64,000 nt of DNA from Thermoproteota archaeon (lineage in GTDB: Archaea > Korarchaeota > Korarchaeia > Korarchaeales > Korarchaeaceae), in NCBI GenBank assembly GCA_027492205.1, contig JAOZFN010000017.1:96001-160000 (forward strand), in the 5' to 3' direction. Below the pieces are notes generated by a model. The model was not told where the DNA came from. It made no database searches and saw only the letters and a program-made list of their open reading frames with translations. Of the stretch, positions 20,535-30,039 are shown piece by piece. Position 1 is the first letter of the stretch; each line of letters begins with the position of its first letter. The translations under genes and the position numbers were made by a program.

Positions 20535-21557
20535 TCACTTCTTCTTGAGGGCCAGCGCGGCGCCGACGATGATCACGATCACCACGACGGCGATCGCTAT
20601 GTAGGTCGTCGGGATGGCCGGGCCGGCGCTCTCCTCCGTGAGTCCCCAGGCGAAGGCGTTCTTGGCGAAGGTGGCTCCCTGGAGCTCGACGCCGTGGTAC
20701 TCGGGGGTGATGATCACCCTGTCCCCGAGCAGGGACTCTCCGGTGACGATTACCTTGCTGTACTTGTTGCCGACCTTGATCTTCTCGGCGGCGGCCTCGA
20801 CGAACTGGCCGGTCTCGCCGACCGCGTGGGCCTTCGGGTCGACGCCGTCGTGGCTCACCACGGTGCCGCTGGGCGAGGACCTGTAGAGCCACGTCACGGT
20901 CTCGCCGTTGTCAACCTGGCTGAACGGCACGAACTGACCGTTCTTGTATCCGACGACGAAGGTCGGGCCGTGGAACAGGACCTTGGGGGCGCCGGCGGTT
21001 ATCTGGGCGGCCCAGCCCTGCGTGTTGGCCTCGTAGCTGATGACCCTGTAGCCGGCGCCGGCGTTGGACTCGGGGTCCTCGAGGCTGCCGTACTCGAGCC
21101 TCAGGCTGGAGCCTATGGCCTCGAGGATCTTGTTGGGCTCACCGGCCTTGAAGGAGGTGTCCTCGGGGTTCAGGTAGGGCTCGACGTAGTCGGAGTCTGC
21201 CCCCACCCACAGGAACTTGCCTCCCTCCTTGAACCAGTTGGCTATGGCCTGAACCTCTGCGGAGGAGAAGCCGCTGTCGTAGTCCTTCATCTTGCCGATG
21301 ACCAGGGCGTCGACCCCCTCGAGAGCTGCCGGGGTTATCTCGGTAAGCTCCTTCACCTGATAGCCCGCGGAGGTCAGCAGGTCCTTCAGGGCCTGGAGGT
21401 TCTTCTGCCCCCACTCGCTGTCCAAGTCCTTGATCCTGCCGGGGGTGAGGTCCAGCGCGACGACCTTCTGATCCTGGGCGGACACGCTGGTGCCGAACCA
21501 CACACCCACGGAGAGTGCGAAGAGGGCCACCAAAGCCAGAGCGAGCAACTTCCTCAT
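20535..21557 (-). CDS. Surface-anchored protein with GATase1-like/Gldg-type domain
   Basis: Signal peptide; ITPAALEGVDALVI..FS..EVQAI.NW..GG.FLWV..DSD pattern; C-terminal TM plus KKK. Confidence 0.65.
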   Translation of the reverse strand: MRKLLALALVALFALSVGVWFGTSVSAQDQKVVALDLTPGRIKDLDSEWGQKNLQALKDLLTSAGYQVKELTEITPAALEGVDALVIGKMKDYDSGFSSAEVQAIANWFKEGGKFLWVGADSDYVEPYLNPEDTSFKAGEPNKILEAIGSSLRLEYGSLEDPESNAGAGYRVISYEANTQGWAAQITAGAPKVLFHGPTFVVGYKNGQFVPFSQVDNGETVTWLYRSSPSGTVVSHDGVDPKAHAVGETGQFVEAAAEKIKVGNKYSKVIVTGESLLGDRVIITPEYHGVELQGATFAKNAFAWGLTEESAGPAIPTTYIAIAVVVIVIIVGAALALKKK

Positions 21558-21749
21558 TGTGCCCTCACTGAGGGGGGTCTGGCCAGTGACTGCTATTAAT
21601 GTTTGGCTTGAGGCGTTGCAGGTCCGTAGCTAATTTCCATGAGAAGTAAAGTGCCGGATTGTCTTACGAACCTATTGGGCGTTTCGAATAAAAAAATCTC
21701 AGAAAGCCGAGGGCTCAGTCGCTGATTTTCGACTCTCGCCTTCTCCAGT

Positions 21750-23495
21750 TTAGCGCCTCAACTTATAGGCCACCGCGATGGCAGCCGCCGCCAGAATCGC
21801 CACGCCGATCATCCAGATCGGGAAGTGAACCTTCTCTGCCCCTGTCTCGCCCGTCGGTCCGGTGGGCGATCCCCAGCTGATCACCTTCTCCACGGTGGTC
21901 GCCCTGCCAGACAGGTCGAGGGCCTCCACCCTGAAGCTGGCCTGACCCGCCTCCCGGGGCACCTGTGTGGTCGCGAGGAAGGTGTCCCCGTCGAGCCTGA
22001 GGAGTTCCACCTCTTGCCAGCTCTGACCGTCGGTTGACACCCGAAGTCTGACGTCTGAGACCCCCGAGACGTCGTCTCTGACGGTCAGGTTGACTCGAAT
22101 GACCACCGTGCCGCCCACCTTCGGCTCCGCCTGGAACTCGACCGTCGGAGGGCTGGAGTCCTCCTCTGCCCATACCTTCACCACCCTATCCTGCCCCGGG
22201 GGAACGGTCACGGCCACGTACGCCACACTGTAGCCGAGTCTGGACTCCCTGATCCCCAGAAGGTCCCCTCCCTCGACCTCCACGCTGCCGCTGCCGCTTA
22301 TCCGGGCCACCAGGGTTCCGTTGAGCGGCCACGGAGACCTGTTGATCACCCTGGCCGAGAAACCCCCGGCGCTCCCGTCGTTGACCTGGTAGTGCTCCAC
22401 CTCGAACCAGTTCAGCGGGATCGGTTTCTCCACACCTCCGAGCCACCTCAGGCTGCCGTCCGGCTCGATCGTGAAGATCCTGTATCCGGGTACGGCCTTC
22501 TCGGCCGCCTTCTCCACGTCTCCGTAGGAGTTGGGATTCGTCACCATCAGTATTGGCTCCGTATAGACGTAGTTCTCGTGCATGTGCCCAGAGAGAGCAG
22601 CCGTCACGCCCCGCTCGGCCATCAGCCGGATCACGGTGTCGGAGTCGGCCCCGGGCACGGCCTCCAGGTTCCAGGGCGGGTGGTGGAACAGCACTATCTT
22701 CACGGTCGCGTTGGTGGCGGACAGGTCCCGATCGAGCCAAGAGACCTGGTCAACGCCCAGTTTGCCCTCAAGCGATCCCGGACCGGTGTCCACGCTCACG
22801 ACGTGTACCTCTGGCCCGATGTCGAGGCTTAGGTTGGATGGGGCCAGGTACATGACGAAGGGCGCGCCCTTGATCGAGTGGTCGTGGTTTCCGGGTATCA
22901 GGACGATGGGGACGTCGAACGCGGGCATCAGCCTGCGGAGTCCCTGAAATATGACCTCGTGGGGGTTGTTGCACACGTCGCCCGTGTGGATCACGAAGTC
23001 CGGCCTGAGGAAGTTGATCAGCCAGACGTCTCGGACGAACTGGGCCGCCTGGTGGAGTTGTCCGGGCCTGTTGTCGTAGTGGGTGTCGGAGATCCATAAG
23101 ACCGTGAAGGGAGGGTCGAGGTCCTCCAGCACCGCCACCGAGTTTGGCTCGCGCCTCACCTCGCCGCCCTCCAGCTCCACGACGAGGTCGTACAGCCCGG
23201 GAGACGCCTCCGGCGGCAAAGCCGCCTCGACCTCGGTCTTTCCGTCGGCGGCCGTGGTCCCCTCGACGGACAGCTCGTACTCCCCAAACTCGTTCTCTAT
23301 CCTCACGGCGCCGACCGAGACCTCGCCGACGAGCTTGATCCTTATCCCGCTCCCCGGAGCGGTGAATGCAGGGAAGCCGATTCTCGGAAGCTCGATGCCG
23401 GAGAGAGGTGACTCGCCCGATGCGACGACATGAACGGATGTAGCGGATGCGGTGAGGGAGAGGAGGAGGGCGGCTGCCCCGCTCCTCCAGCTCAC
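21750..23495 (-). CDS. Surface-anchored calcineurin-like metallophosphoesterase
   Basis: SDTH, HTGD, PGNHD, FHHP, SGHMH; signal peptide, Ig-like flanks, C-terminal TM. Confidence 0.88.
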   Translation of the reverse strand: MSWRSGAAALLLSLTASATSVHVVASGESPLSGIELPRIGFPAFTAPGSGIRIKLVGEVSVGAVRIENEFGEYELSVEGTTAADGKTEVEAALPPEASPGLYDLVVELEGGEVRREPNSVAVLEDLDPPFTVLWISDTHYDNRPGQLHQAAQFVRDVWLINFLRPDFVIHTGDVCNNPHEVIFQGLRRLMPAFDVPIVLIPGNHDHSIKGAPFVMYLAPSNLSLDIGPEVHVVSVDTGPGSLEGKLGVDQVSWLDRDLSATNATVKIVLFHHPPWNLEAVPGADSDTVIRLMAERGVTAALSGHMHENYVYTEPILMVTNPNSYGDVEKAAEKAVPGYRIFTIEPDGSLRWLGGVEKPIPLNWFEVEHYQVNDGSAGGFSARVINRSPWPLNGTLVARISGSGSVEVEGGDLLGIRESRLGYSVAYVAVTVPPGQDRVVKVWAEEDSSPPTVEFQAEPKVGGTVVIRVNLTVRDDVSGVSDVRLRVSTDGQSWQEVELLRLDGDTFLATTQVPREAGQASFRVEALDLSGRATTVEKVISWGSPTGPTGETGAEKVHFPIWMIGVAILAAAAIAVAYKLRR

Positions 23496-25369
23496 TTGGA
23501 CCCCCTCCTGAGGGCTAGGAGGGCGGCGACGGCGACCACGACTATGCCAGCTATCCAGAGCACTAGGTTGGAGGCCAGGCCAGCCCCTCCCTCGGGGCCT
23601 GGCTGGGGCGTCGGCGCCGGGCTGGTCGTGGCCGGAGCCAGCTTGCTTATCTCGCCGAAGAACTCCGCCTCGTTGCCCGCAGCGTCCGTGGCCGTGATCT
23701 TGAAGTAGCGGTACTGGTCTGGCGAAACCCTCCAGACTGGCCAGCCCGTGTCGAACTCCGGCTCCAGCTCGCTCCAGGTGGAGTTGTCCGGCGAGACGTA
23801 GACCCTGTACTCAAGCACGCCGAGGCCCTCGTCGGTGATCCTGGGCCAGATCTCCTTGCGACCGTCCTTCGCGTCCTTCAGGTCTGCAGATATCTTCGGC
23901 GGCGACTGGTCAGGCTTTAGGTAGATCTTCACGACCCTCTCCTCGCCGGGGGCCAGGGCGACCGTGAGCTCGTAGGCCCCCTTGCCGGAAGCCCCGTAGG
24001 CCGCCGAGAGTTCGGCGCCCTCGACCTTGGGGCTGGGGTCGAAGGACGAGAGCACCACGGGCAGCCTCAGGGTCACCTCCTCCTGTCCCTTGTTCCAGAC
24101 CCTGATGGCCACGGCGTAGGAACTACCGTCGTAGGCCTGGAGGTACTCGGCGCCGAGTTCGGAGACTGAGGGGGAGGAGGGCTGATACCAGAAGCCCCCG
24201 TCTGCGGTGAACCTCAGGTGCCTGTAGTGCCCGAAGTCGCCCTCAGGACCCCCGTAGCTTGTTCCGTGATCATGCTGCCCGGCTTCGGTGACCAGGCACA
24301 GTACGTCGCCGAACTTACCCTGATCGTCGCTATGCCAGTGGCCGGTGAGGACGACGGGCGCGTTGGCCATGTGCGCTATGTCGACGACCCTCTGCACCGT
24401 CTGATTGTAGTCGAGGGTGCCCTGGAACTTCCCATCCGGACCGTAGAGCCAGACCCTTATGTCCTGATCCATGAGCGGATAATGCGTGAGTACGGCCCCG
24501 GTACCACCCTTTCCCTCTAGCAGAGACTCGATCAGGTCGAACTGGTATCCGAAGATCTTTCCCGTGTCCGAGTCGATCTGGACGAAGTGAAAGTTTGGCC
24601 CCACGTCCACGACCCCGTAGAACGGGCCAAAGTACTTCTCCCAGTAGTACTGCTTCTTCTCCACGGCCGTGTAGTCGTTGTTTCCCTCTACGGCTATCAG
24701 GGGGACTCGAAGCCTCACGAGATCCCTGTACGCCTCTCTAAACGGGTCCTCCTCGTCAGGCCTGGCAATCGCGTCTATGACATCTCCGGTGTGGACCACG
24801 ACGTCGGGCCTCAGGCCGTTTATGGTCGCCACCAGCATCCTAAAGAGCTGCTGATTCCTGTGGTGCTTGGGTATGTCCCTCGTCCCGTAGTGCGTGTCGG
24901 TGAACTGGATGACGCGGATCTCCGTGGGATAGGAATCTCCGAAGACGTAGACCGAGTTGGGCTCGGTGAACCTGAGTCCCGACCCCTCTACCGTCAGGTT
25001 GTACAGGCCTGGCGGAACGTCCTCGGGGACCCTGACGGTCACCCACCATCCGCCCACGCCCTCGTCGAATCCCTGGTCGACCGCGTCTAGGGCGTAGCGC
25101 CAATCCTCGGTGAACACCGACTCCAGGTAGGCGCTCCACGTCACCGAGGATGGGAGGTCGTCGGTCCTTGCGATCCAGGCGGTGAAGGCGTCTCCGTAGG
25201 CGACGAAGGCTGGGGATGTCAGGCGGGGGTACAATACGTGATTCAGCGGCGTCACGTGGTACTCCGGGAACGGCGGCTGCGGGGCGGATGAGAACTCGGC
25301 GGTGGTCGAGGGGGCGACAAACAGGACGAGCAGGGAGACTGCCAGCAGGCCTCCACCCCTGACCCTCAA
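23492..25369 (-). CDS. Surface-anchored calcineurin-like metallophosphoesterase (paralog)
   Basis: TDTH, HTGD, EGNND, THYP, TGHWH; signal peptide, C-terminal TM; 4-nt overlap with the next gene. Confidence 0.88.
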   Translation of the reverse strand: MRVRGGGLLAVSLLVLFVAPSTTAEFSSAPQPPFPEYHVTPLNHVLYPRLTSPAFVAYGDAFTAWIARTDDLPSSVTWSAYLESVFTEDWRYALDAVDQGFDEGVGGWWVTVRVPEDVPPGLYNLTVEGSGLRFTEPNSVYVFGDSYPTEIRVIQFTDTHYGTRDIPKHHRNQQLFRMLVATINGLRPDVVVHTGDVIDAIARPDEEDPFREAYRDLVRLRVPLIAVEGNNDYTAVEKKQYYWEKYFGPFYGVVDVGPNFHFVQIDSDTGKIFGYQFDLIESLLEGKGGTGAVLTHYPLMDQDIRVWLYGPDGKFQGTLDYNQTVQRVVDIAHMANAPVVLTGHWHSDDQGKFGDVLCLVTEAGQHDHGTSYGGPEGDFGHYRHLRFTADGGFWYQPSSPSVSELGAEYLQAYDGSSYAVAIRVWNKGQEEVTLRLPVVLSSFDPSPKVEGAELSAAYGASGKGAYELTVALAPGEERVVKIYLKPDQSPPKISADLKDAKDGRKEIWPRITDEGLGVLEYRVYVSPDNSTWSELEPEFDTGWPVWRVSPDQYRYFKITATDAAGNEAEFFGEISKLAPATTSPAPTPQPGPEGGAGLASNLVLWIAGIVVVAVAALLALRRGSK

Positions 25370-25468
25370 GGCTCAAACCCAAAACTTTCCCCCGGCGACA
25401 GTCTATAAACGATTGGGGGGTCGGGAGAACTCTGCCGACCGCGACACCGGAGATGACCTGGGGGCTCG

Positions 25469-25790
25469 TTACGGGCCCAGATAAGCGGTTTCTGACGTGA
25501 TCGTTCTTTAGAAGCTCCTCCCCCGATCCCTCCAGCACTATCCTCTTGGTCTCGATCACGTAACCCCTGTCGGCTATGGAGAGCGCCTGCTGAACATTCT
25601 GCTCAACCAGAAGGACGGTGACCCCTTCCTCTCGGATCTGCTCGACAGCACTCAAGACCTCTTGGACTACCTTGGGGGCCAGACCCAGGCTCGGCTCGTC
25701 GAGCATCAGCAGCTTGGGGGAGGACATGAGGCCCCTTGCTATGGCCAGCATCTGCTGCTCTCCCCCGCTGAACGTCCCCACGCTGGGTCT
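25469..25790 (-). pseudogene. livF: Branched-chain amino acid ABC ATPase, C-terminal fragment
   Basis: SGGEQQMLAIARGLM, LDEPSLGLAP, LLVEQN; no Walker A; terminal AYLG lies in a shifted frame. Confidence 0.85.
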
Positions 25791-26059
25791 GAGGCCCCAA
25801 ACTGCCTCCAGATGTCCTCTACACTCAGCGCTCCGCCATTGGTTCAGCATCGATCCGCCATTGGTTCAGCAGCCTCGGCGATACTTGCTGATCTTGAAAG
25901 AGACGGAGGGAGGGGGCTCTCCAAGATTCGACTCCAGCGAAGTCGTACAAATCCCCCCGAGAGCGGTCGTGCGTGGGTTGAGGGCCTCACGTGGCCAAAG
26001 CCGCTTGCTCGCGATACACTGCGAGCTAGTGCGTCTACCCCGGGCAGTGAGAGGCCTGA

Positions 26060-26169
26060 GAGCGAGGACCGGAACCAATCCGCCGCCCCCGACCGCGTCT
26101 CCCCCCGATCGGGAGCGCTGGAGGGGGATGCAGATGGCCGTCGAGGAGATCAACGCAAACGGGGGTTAG
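26060..26169 (+). pseudogene. Short relic of a branched-chain amino acid binding protein N-terminus (LivK-like)
   Basis: RGMQMAVEEINANGG followed by a stop; adjacent to the livF relic. Confidence 0.6.
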
Positions 26170-26290
26170 TGGTTTAAGGTCGACAAGGGGATCCGAGCAC
26201 GGCCATAACGCCGCGACGGAACAGCCTAATCGCTAATGAGCGGAGTCCGGTGGTTGTCACTGCTGGTAAATCGTGCGAAATATCCGGGAG

Positions 26291-28330
26291 TCAATCCTCC
26301 AACAGGGCCGCAAGAACTTCCTTCTCGATTGAGGCCTCACGGGTCTTAACTCTACGTAGAACCGTCAGCGTGAGAAGGACGAGGATCGAGCCCACTACAA
26401 GTGCTAGGAACCAGGTGGGAATTACCGACACCCTGATGCTGCTCTCGGCCAGGGTGGTTCCCTCGAAGAGGGCCCTGGCGTATACCGCGTGCTCACCCGT
26501 CGGCACCCTGATGCTGAAGACCCGGCTACCGCCCTCCTCGATGGTGACGTTTTGCCGGAGGGCGGGGGAAGAGTCCACGAAGCACTCCAGCGTAATGTTG
26601 AGGGGAAGCGGATAGGGGTTGTCCACGCTGAGCTCCACCTCCGCGGACCCCAGCTTCACCCCCGCAGGGGCCTCCAGTCTGAGGGGGATGGATGGGCCCA
26701 CCACGGCTGCCGATAGGTTGTATTCTGCCGTGAAGGTTCCCGCCGAGCCTAAGACGCGGATCCTCAGGCGGTGGACTCCGGGCTCAAGCGGCAGGGTTAT
26801 GTTCTGATAGGTGGGGCCCGGGGGTAGGCTGCAGCCCTCGCTATACACCTCGACCCCGCGGTCGAGCACGGCAACCCTGATGGGGACGTCTACGGGATTC
26901 GGGTTCGTGATCGCGAGGACTATCCTGACCGGCCCCCCTGGTGGGCTAAGGGCCCAAGCCCTGAGCCTCGGCGGCTCCAGCGAAGTAACCTTGGTGGAGG
27001 TCGCGTGAACCCCGCCGGGGGAGCGACACTCGATCTCAAGCAGGTGATCCCCCGGGGGGGCGTCCATCGCGAGGCTCACGTTACTCTCACCCGGGGGGAG
27101 CCGGATCTCCCTCTCCTCCACCGGGACTCCGTCTAGACTGACGGTCAGGGTGACCTCGACGGCAGCAGGGGCCCTATTCTCCAGCGTGAGGTTCAGGCTC
27201 AGCCGGCCCCTGGGAGCCGTCACCTCCACAGGAGCCAAGACGTGGACTGGAGACGCCACGAACGCGGCAACTCCGAAGAGTCCCCCGACGGCCACCGCCC
27301 CGAAGTTCGGGCTCCACTCCATCACCGTGGCGGAGTCGGGCAACAGCCCGGTGGAGAGGACGATCTCCCCCTCTGGAGACAGGATGAGCAACCACCTGTA
27401 TGAGAGGACCGCGAGCCTGTCTCCCTCCTGGCTCCAGCGAACCTCCCGGATCGCCCTACCGTACCTCGGCTTCAACCAGAGCACGGCGCCGGTTGAGTTG
27501 AGGGCCGCGACCCAGTCTCCACCTGCAGCGGCCAGACCCGTCTGAGACCAGTCCACCGAGTGGATTGGCGTCCCAAGCGGGTTTGACCTCCACAGCTCTC
27601 TCCCGCCGGAGTCGTAGCACACCAACACCGAGCTGGCCAGCCCAACGACGAGCCTCGAGGAGTCTGGGGACCACGCTGCCGAGGAGAGTTCGTCGCCATA
27701 CCTTAGAGCCAGCCCGGCCCTCGTCGTCCAGGCCTGAGATCCGTCCTCAGACATAACCGTCAGCCTTCCGTTGTCCAGCCCCACGGCCACGAGTCGGCCA
27801 TCTGGAGACCAGGCGATAGAGGAGGCCCCGGCCTCTAAGCTCACCTCGGAGACGAGACTTCCACTACCCGTGATCAGCAGGAGAGAGGACTCCCTCCCCC
27901 TGGGAACCAGTCTAGAGATGGCTACGGCCAGAGTTCGGCAGTCTGGAGACCACTCCAACAGAGCCTCTTCTCCTCCGCCCTTGACCGGTATCTCCACGAG
28001 TTCCCGCCCACTCCCGTCGAGGATGATTACCGAGCTGGCTGTAACCGCTCCCAGCTTGCCGAGTGGACACCAATCCAGGCCGAGCGGCTCGCCAACCTTA
28101 ACGGACCACACCACTTCACCGGAGGAAGAGTTCAGGGCCGAGATTCCGTCCTCGGTGACGACGGCTATGAGGGCTCCATCTGGAGACCAGCTGAGGTCTT
28201 CAACTGAGCCGATCTCCTCATTCATCCATATGAGGATGTCCCCCCCGACCGCGATCGGCTGGCTCAATGCCAAGACGGTGTGGGAAAACGTCAGGACAAG
28301 CACGGCGAGGGCCGAGGTCGGCTTCCTCAT
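26291..28330 (-). CDS. Secreted WD40/beta-propeller protein with Ig-like (CARDB-like) domains and C-terminal TM anchor
   Basis: Repeated WSPDG..LAV motifs, NPNP/NPYP Ig-like segments; start ATG 28330. Confidence 0.8.
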   Translation of the reverse strand: MRKPTSALAVLVLTFSHTVLALSQPIAVGGDILIWMNEEIGSVEDLSWSPDGALIAVVTEDGISALNSSSGEVVWSVKVGEPLGLDWCPLGKLGAVTASSVIILDGSGRELVEIPVKGGGEEALLEWSPDCRTLAVAISRLVPRGRESSLLLITGSGSLVSEVSLEAGASSIAWSPDGRLVAVGLDNGRLTVMSEDGSQAWTTRAGLALRYGDELSSAAWSPDSSRLVVGLASSVLVCYDSGGRELWRSNPLGTPIHSVDWSQTGLAAAGGDWVAALNSTGAVLWLKPRYGRAIREVRWSQEGDRLAVLSYRWLLILSPEGEIVLSTGLLPDSATVMEWSPNFGAVAVGGLFGVAAFVASPVHVLAPVEVTAPRGRLSLNLTLENRAPAAVEVTLTVSLDGVPVEEREIRLPPGESNVSLAMDAPPGDHLLEIECRSPGGVHATSTKVTSLEPPRLRAWALSPPGGPVRIVLAITNPNPVDVPIRVAVLDRGVEVYSEGCSLPPGPTYQNITLPLEPGVHRLRIRVLGSAGTFTAEYNLSAAVVGPSIPLRLEAPAGVKLGSAEVELSVDNPYPLPLNITLECFVDSSPALRQNVTIEEGGSRVFSIRVPTGEHAVYARALFEGTTLAESSIRVSVIPTWFLALVVGSILVLLTLTVLRRVKTREASIEKEVLAALLED

Positions 28331-28537
28331 CCTCCGAATCCCCCAGAGATCTTGAAATATAAAATCCGTTTTCAGAGTAAAAGCTAGAGAAGAGATAGAG
28401 ATGGGGGAGACGTCGGGCCTTGGGCAGATTTCCCCAGGAACCGAGCTGACATCCTGGGGGAGGGGGGAGGGTATCACGCTGAGGGGGACCGGCCCTCGGG
28501 GGTTTCTCGACCCCCTCCAGGCGGCACACAAGCCCCC

Positions 28538-28903
28538 TCACTTCTGAGTGAGGCCTGGGGTCTGAAGCGAACCCGCGCCTCTCTCCTCCGGTTCGACGAT
28601 GACGGCCGTTCCCCACGCGTTTATCACGATGGCTCCCTGCAGGAGTTCGGTCGTCTCGAAGTCTATGCCCACGATGGCGTTGGCTCCCATCTCCGCAGCC
28701 TTGGAGATCAACCTCTGCAGGCACTCCGACCTGGCCTTCTCCACCTCCGTGACGTAGGCGCGCACCTCCCCGCCCACGAGGCTCTGGAGGGCCGCGGCGA
28801 GCTGGCCTCCAACCCCCCTCGTCCTGACAGAAGTCGCGTGTACGAGTCCCACCACCCGGGCAACCCTGTGACCCGGTATGTGGGGAGTTGTCACCGCGAT
28901 CAT
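28538..28903 (-). CDS. YbjQ/UPF0145 family protein
   Basis: TTPHIPG, VGGEV..Y, GANAIVGIDF, GTAV. Confidence 0.9.
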   Translation of the reverse strand: MIAVTTPHIPGHRVARVVGLVHATSVRTRGVGGQLAAALQSLVGGEVRAYVTEVEKARSECLQRLISKAAEMGANAIVGIDFETTELLQGAIVINAWGTAVIVEPEERGAGSLQTPGLTQK

Positions 28904-28969
28904 GCCGCGCCCCGCTGAGCGCGCCCCACAGAAATATCTTACCGGCAGATCGACGCCCGGGGACAGGCG

Positions 28970-29377
28970 ATGAGGGCGAGGGTGAGGCTGCTGGGTGAGA
29001 TGACCTTCGTCGGGGACGCCGACGGCCCAGGGATAGTCGTTGACGGAAAGGGGAGGCTCGGCCCGTCCCCCATGCAGCTAGTCCTCATGGGGGTGGCGGG
29101 GTGCACCGCCGTCGACGTCGCCGAGATCCTCGGGAGGAACGGGCAGGTCTTCGAGAGGCTGGAGGTCGTGGCCGAGGCCGAGAGGGCGCCGGAGCCCCCG
29201 AGGGTGTTCACGAAGGTGAAGATAAGGTACGTGGTGCACGGAGACGTAGACGAGAGGGTCTTGAGGGACGCGATCAAGCTCTCTCAGGCCAGGTACTGCT
29301 CTGCCAGCATCATGGTCAGGAGGTCCGGGGCAGAGGTCACGACCGAGTACGAGGTAGTCAGGGGTCGCGGGGACTGA
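28970..29377 (+). CDS. OsmC/YhfA family protein
   Basis: PSPMQLVL..AGCTAVDV, YCSAS. Confidence 0.9.
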   Translation: MRARVRLLGEMTFVGDADGPGIVVDGKGRLGPSPMQLVLMGVAGCTAVDVAEILGRNGQVFERLEVVAEAERAPEPPRVFTKVKIRYVVHGDVDERVLRDAIKLSQARYCSASIMVRRSGAEVTTEYEVVRGRGD

Positions 29378-30032
29378 GGGACCTCAGGAGGGAGGGGAGC
29401 TCCCGGATCCCGGGGATTACGTGATCCGCCCCCTTCCTCCTCAGCCTCTCTTCCGGCTCCAGCCCGGTCAGCACGCCGATCGACAGGACGCCGGCCAGCT
29501 TGGCCGACTCGACGTCGACCCAGTAGTCCCCCACGAACACGGCCTCCTCCGGCGAGGCGCTGAAGTCCTCCAGGACCTTCTGGATCAGCTCGTGCCGGTG
29601 CCACAGCCCGCCGGAGTTCGGCTCGTGCTGGCCCAGGGTGTAGACCTCGTCCACCAGGTCTGCCAGGCCGAACCGCCCGAGCTCCCCCCAGAGGGCCTCC
29701 CTGGTGGTCCGCCTGCCCGTGGTGACCACGATCCTAATCCCCATCCTCCTGAGCTCCTCGAGGGCCTCCCTTGCACCCTCAATGAGCCTGTCCTCGGGGT
29801 GCCTCAGCTCGGCGTGCCTCATGGCGAACTCCCGCCAGAATTCGGCCTTATCCACTCCCCCTGGGACGTACTCGTCCAGCCTGTCCTCCGCGTACATCCT
29901 CACGAACTCCCTCCAGCCGGGGGGGCTCCCCCCCACCTTCGAGAGAACCTCCGAGAAGGCGACGTGGAACCTCCGGAGGGTGTCCAGCAGCGTCTGGTCG
30001 AGGTCCAGTATCGCGAGCCTGATCCTAGGCAC
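29358..30032 (-). CDS. HAD-superfamily hydrolase (Gph-like)
   Basis: DLDQTLLD, TTGR, FVGDYWVD, GVLTG. Confidence 0.88.
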   Translation of the reverse strand: MPRIRLAILDLDQTLLDTLRRFHVAFSEVLSKVGGSPPGWREFVRMYAEDRLDEYVPGGVDKAEFWREFAMRHAELRHPEDRLIEGAREALEELRRMGIRIVVTTGRRTTREALWGELGRFGLADLVDEVYTLGQHEPNSGGLWHRHELIQKVLEDFSASPEEAVFVGDYWVDVESAKLAGVLSIGVLTGLEPEERLRRKGADHVIPGIRELPSLLRSLSPRDP

Positions 30033-30039
30033 CCTCGAC

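Noticed and set aside
24840-25850. 336-aa ORF read as an intact ABC ATPase
   Set aside because: Only about 100 aa resemble LivF; the rest is out-of-frame overlap with the phosphoesterase gene.
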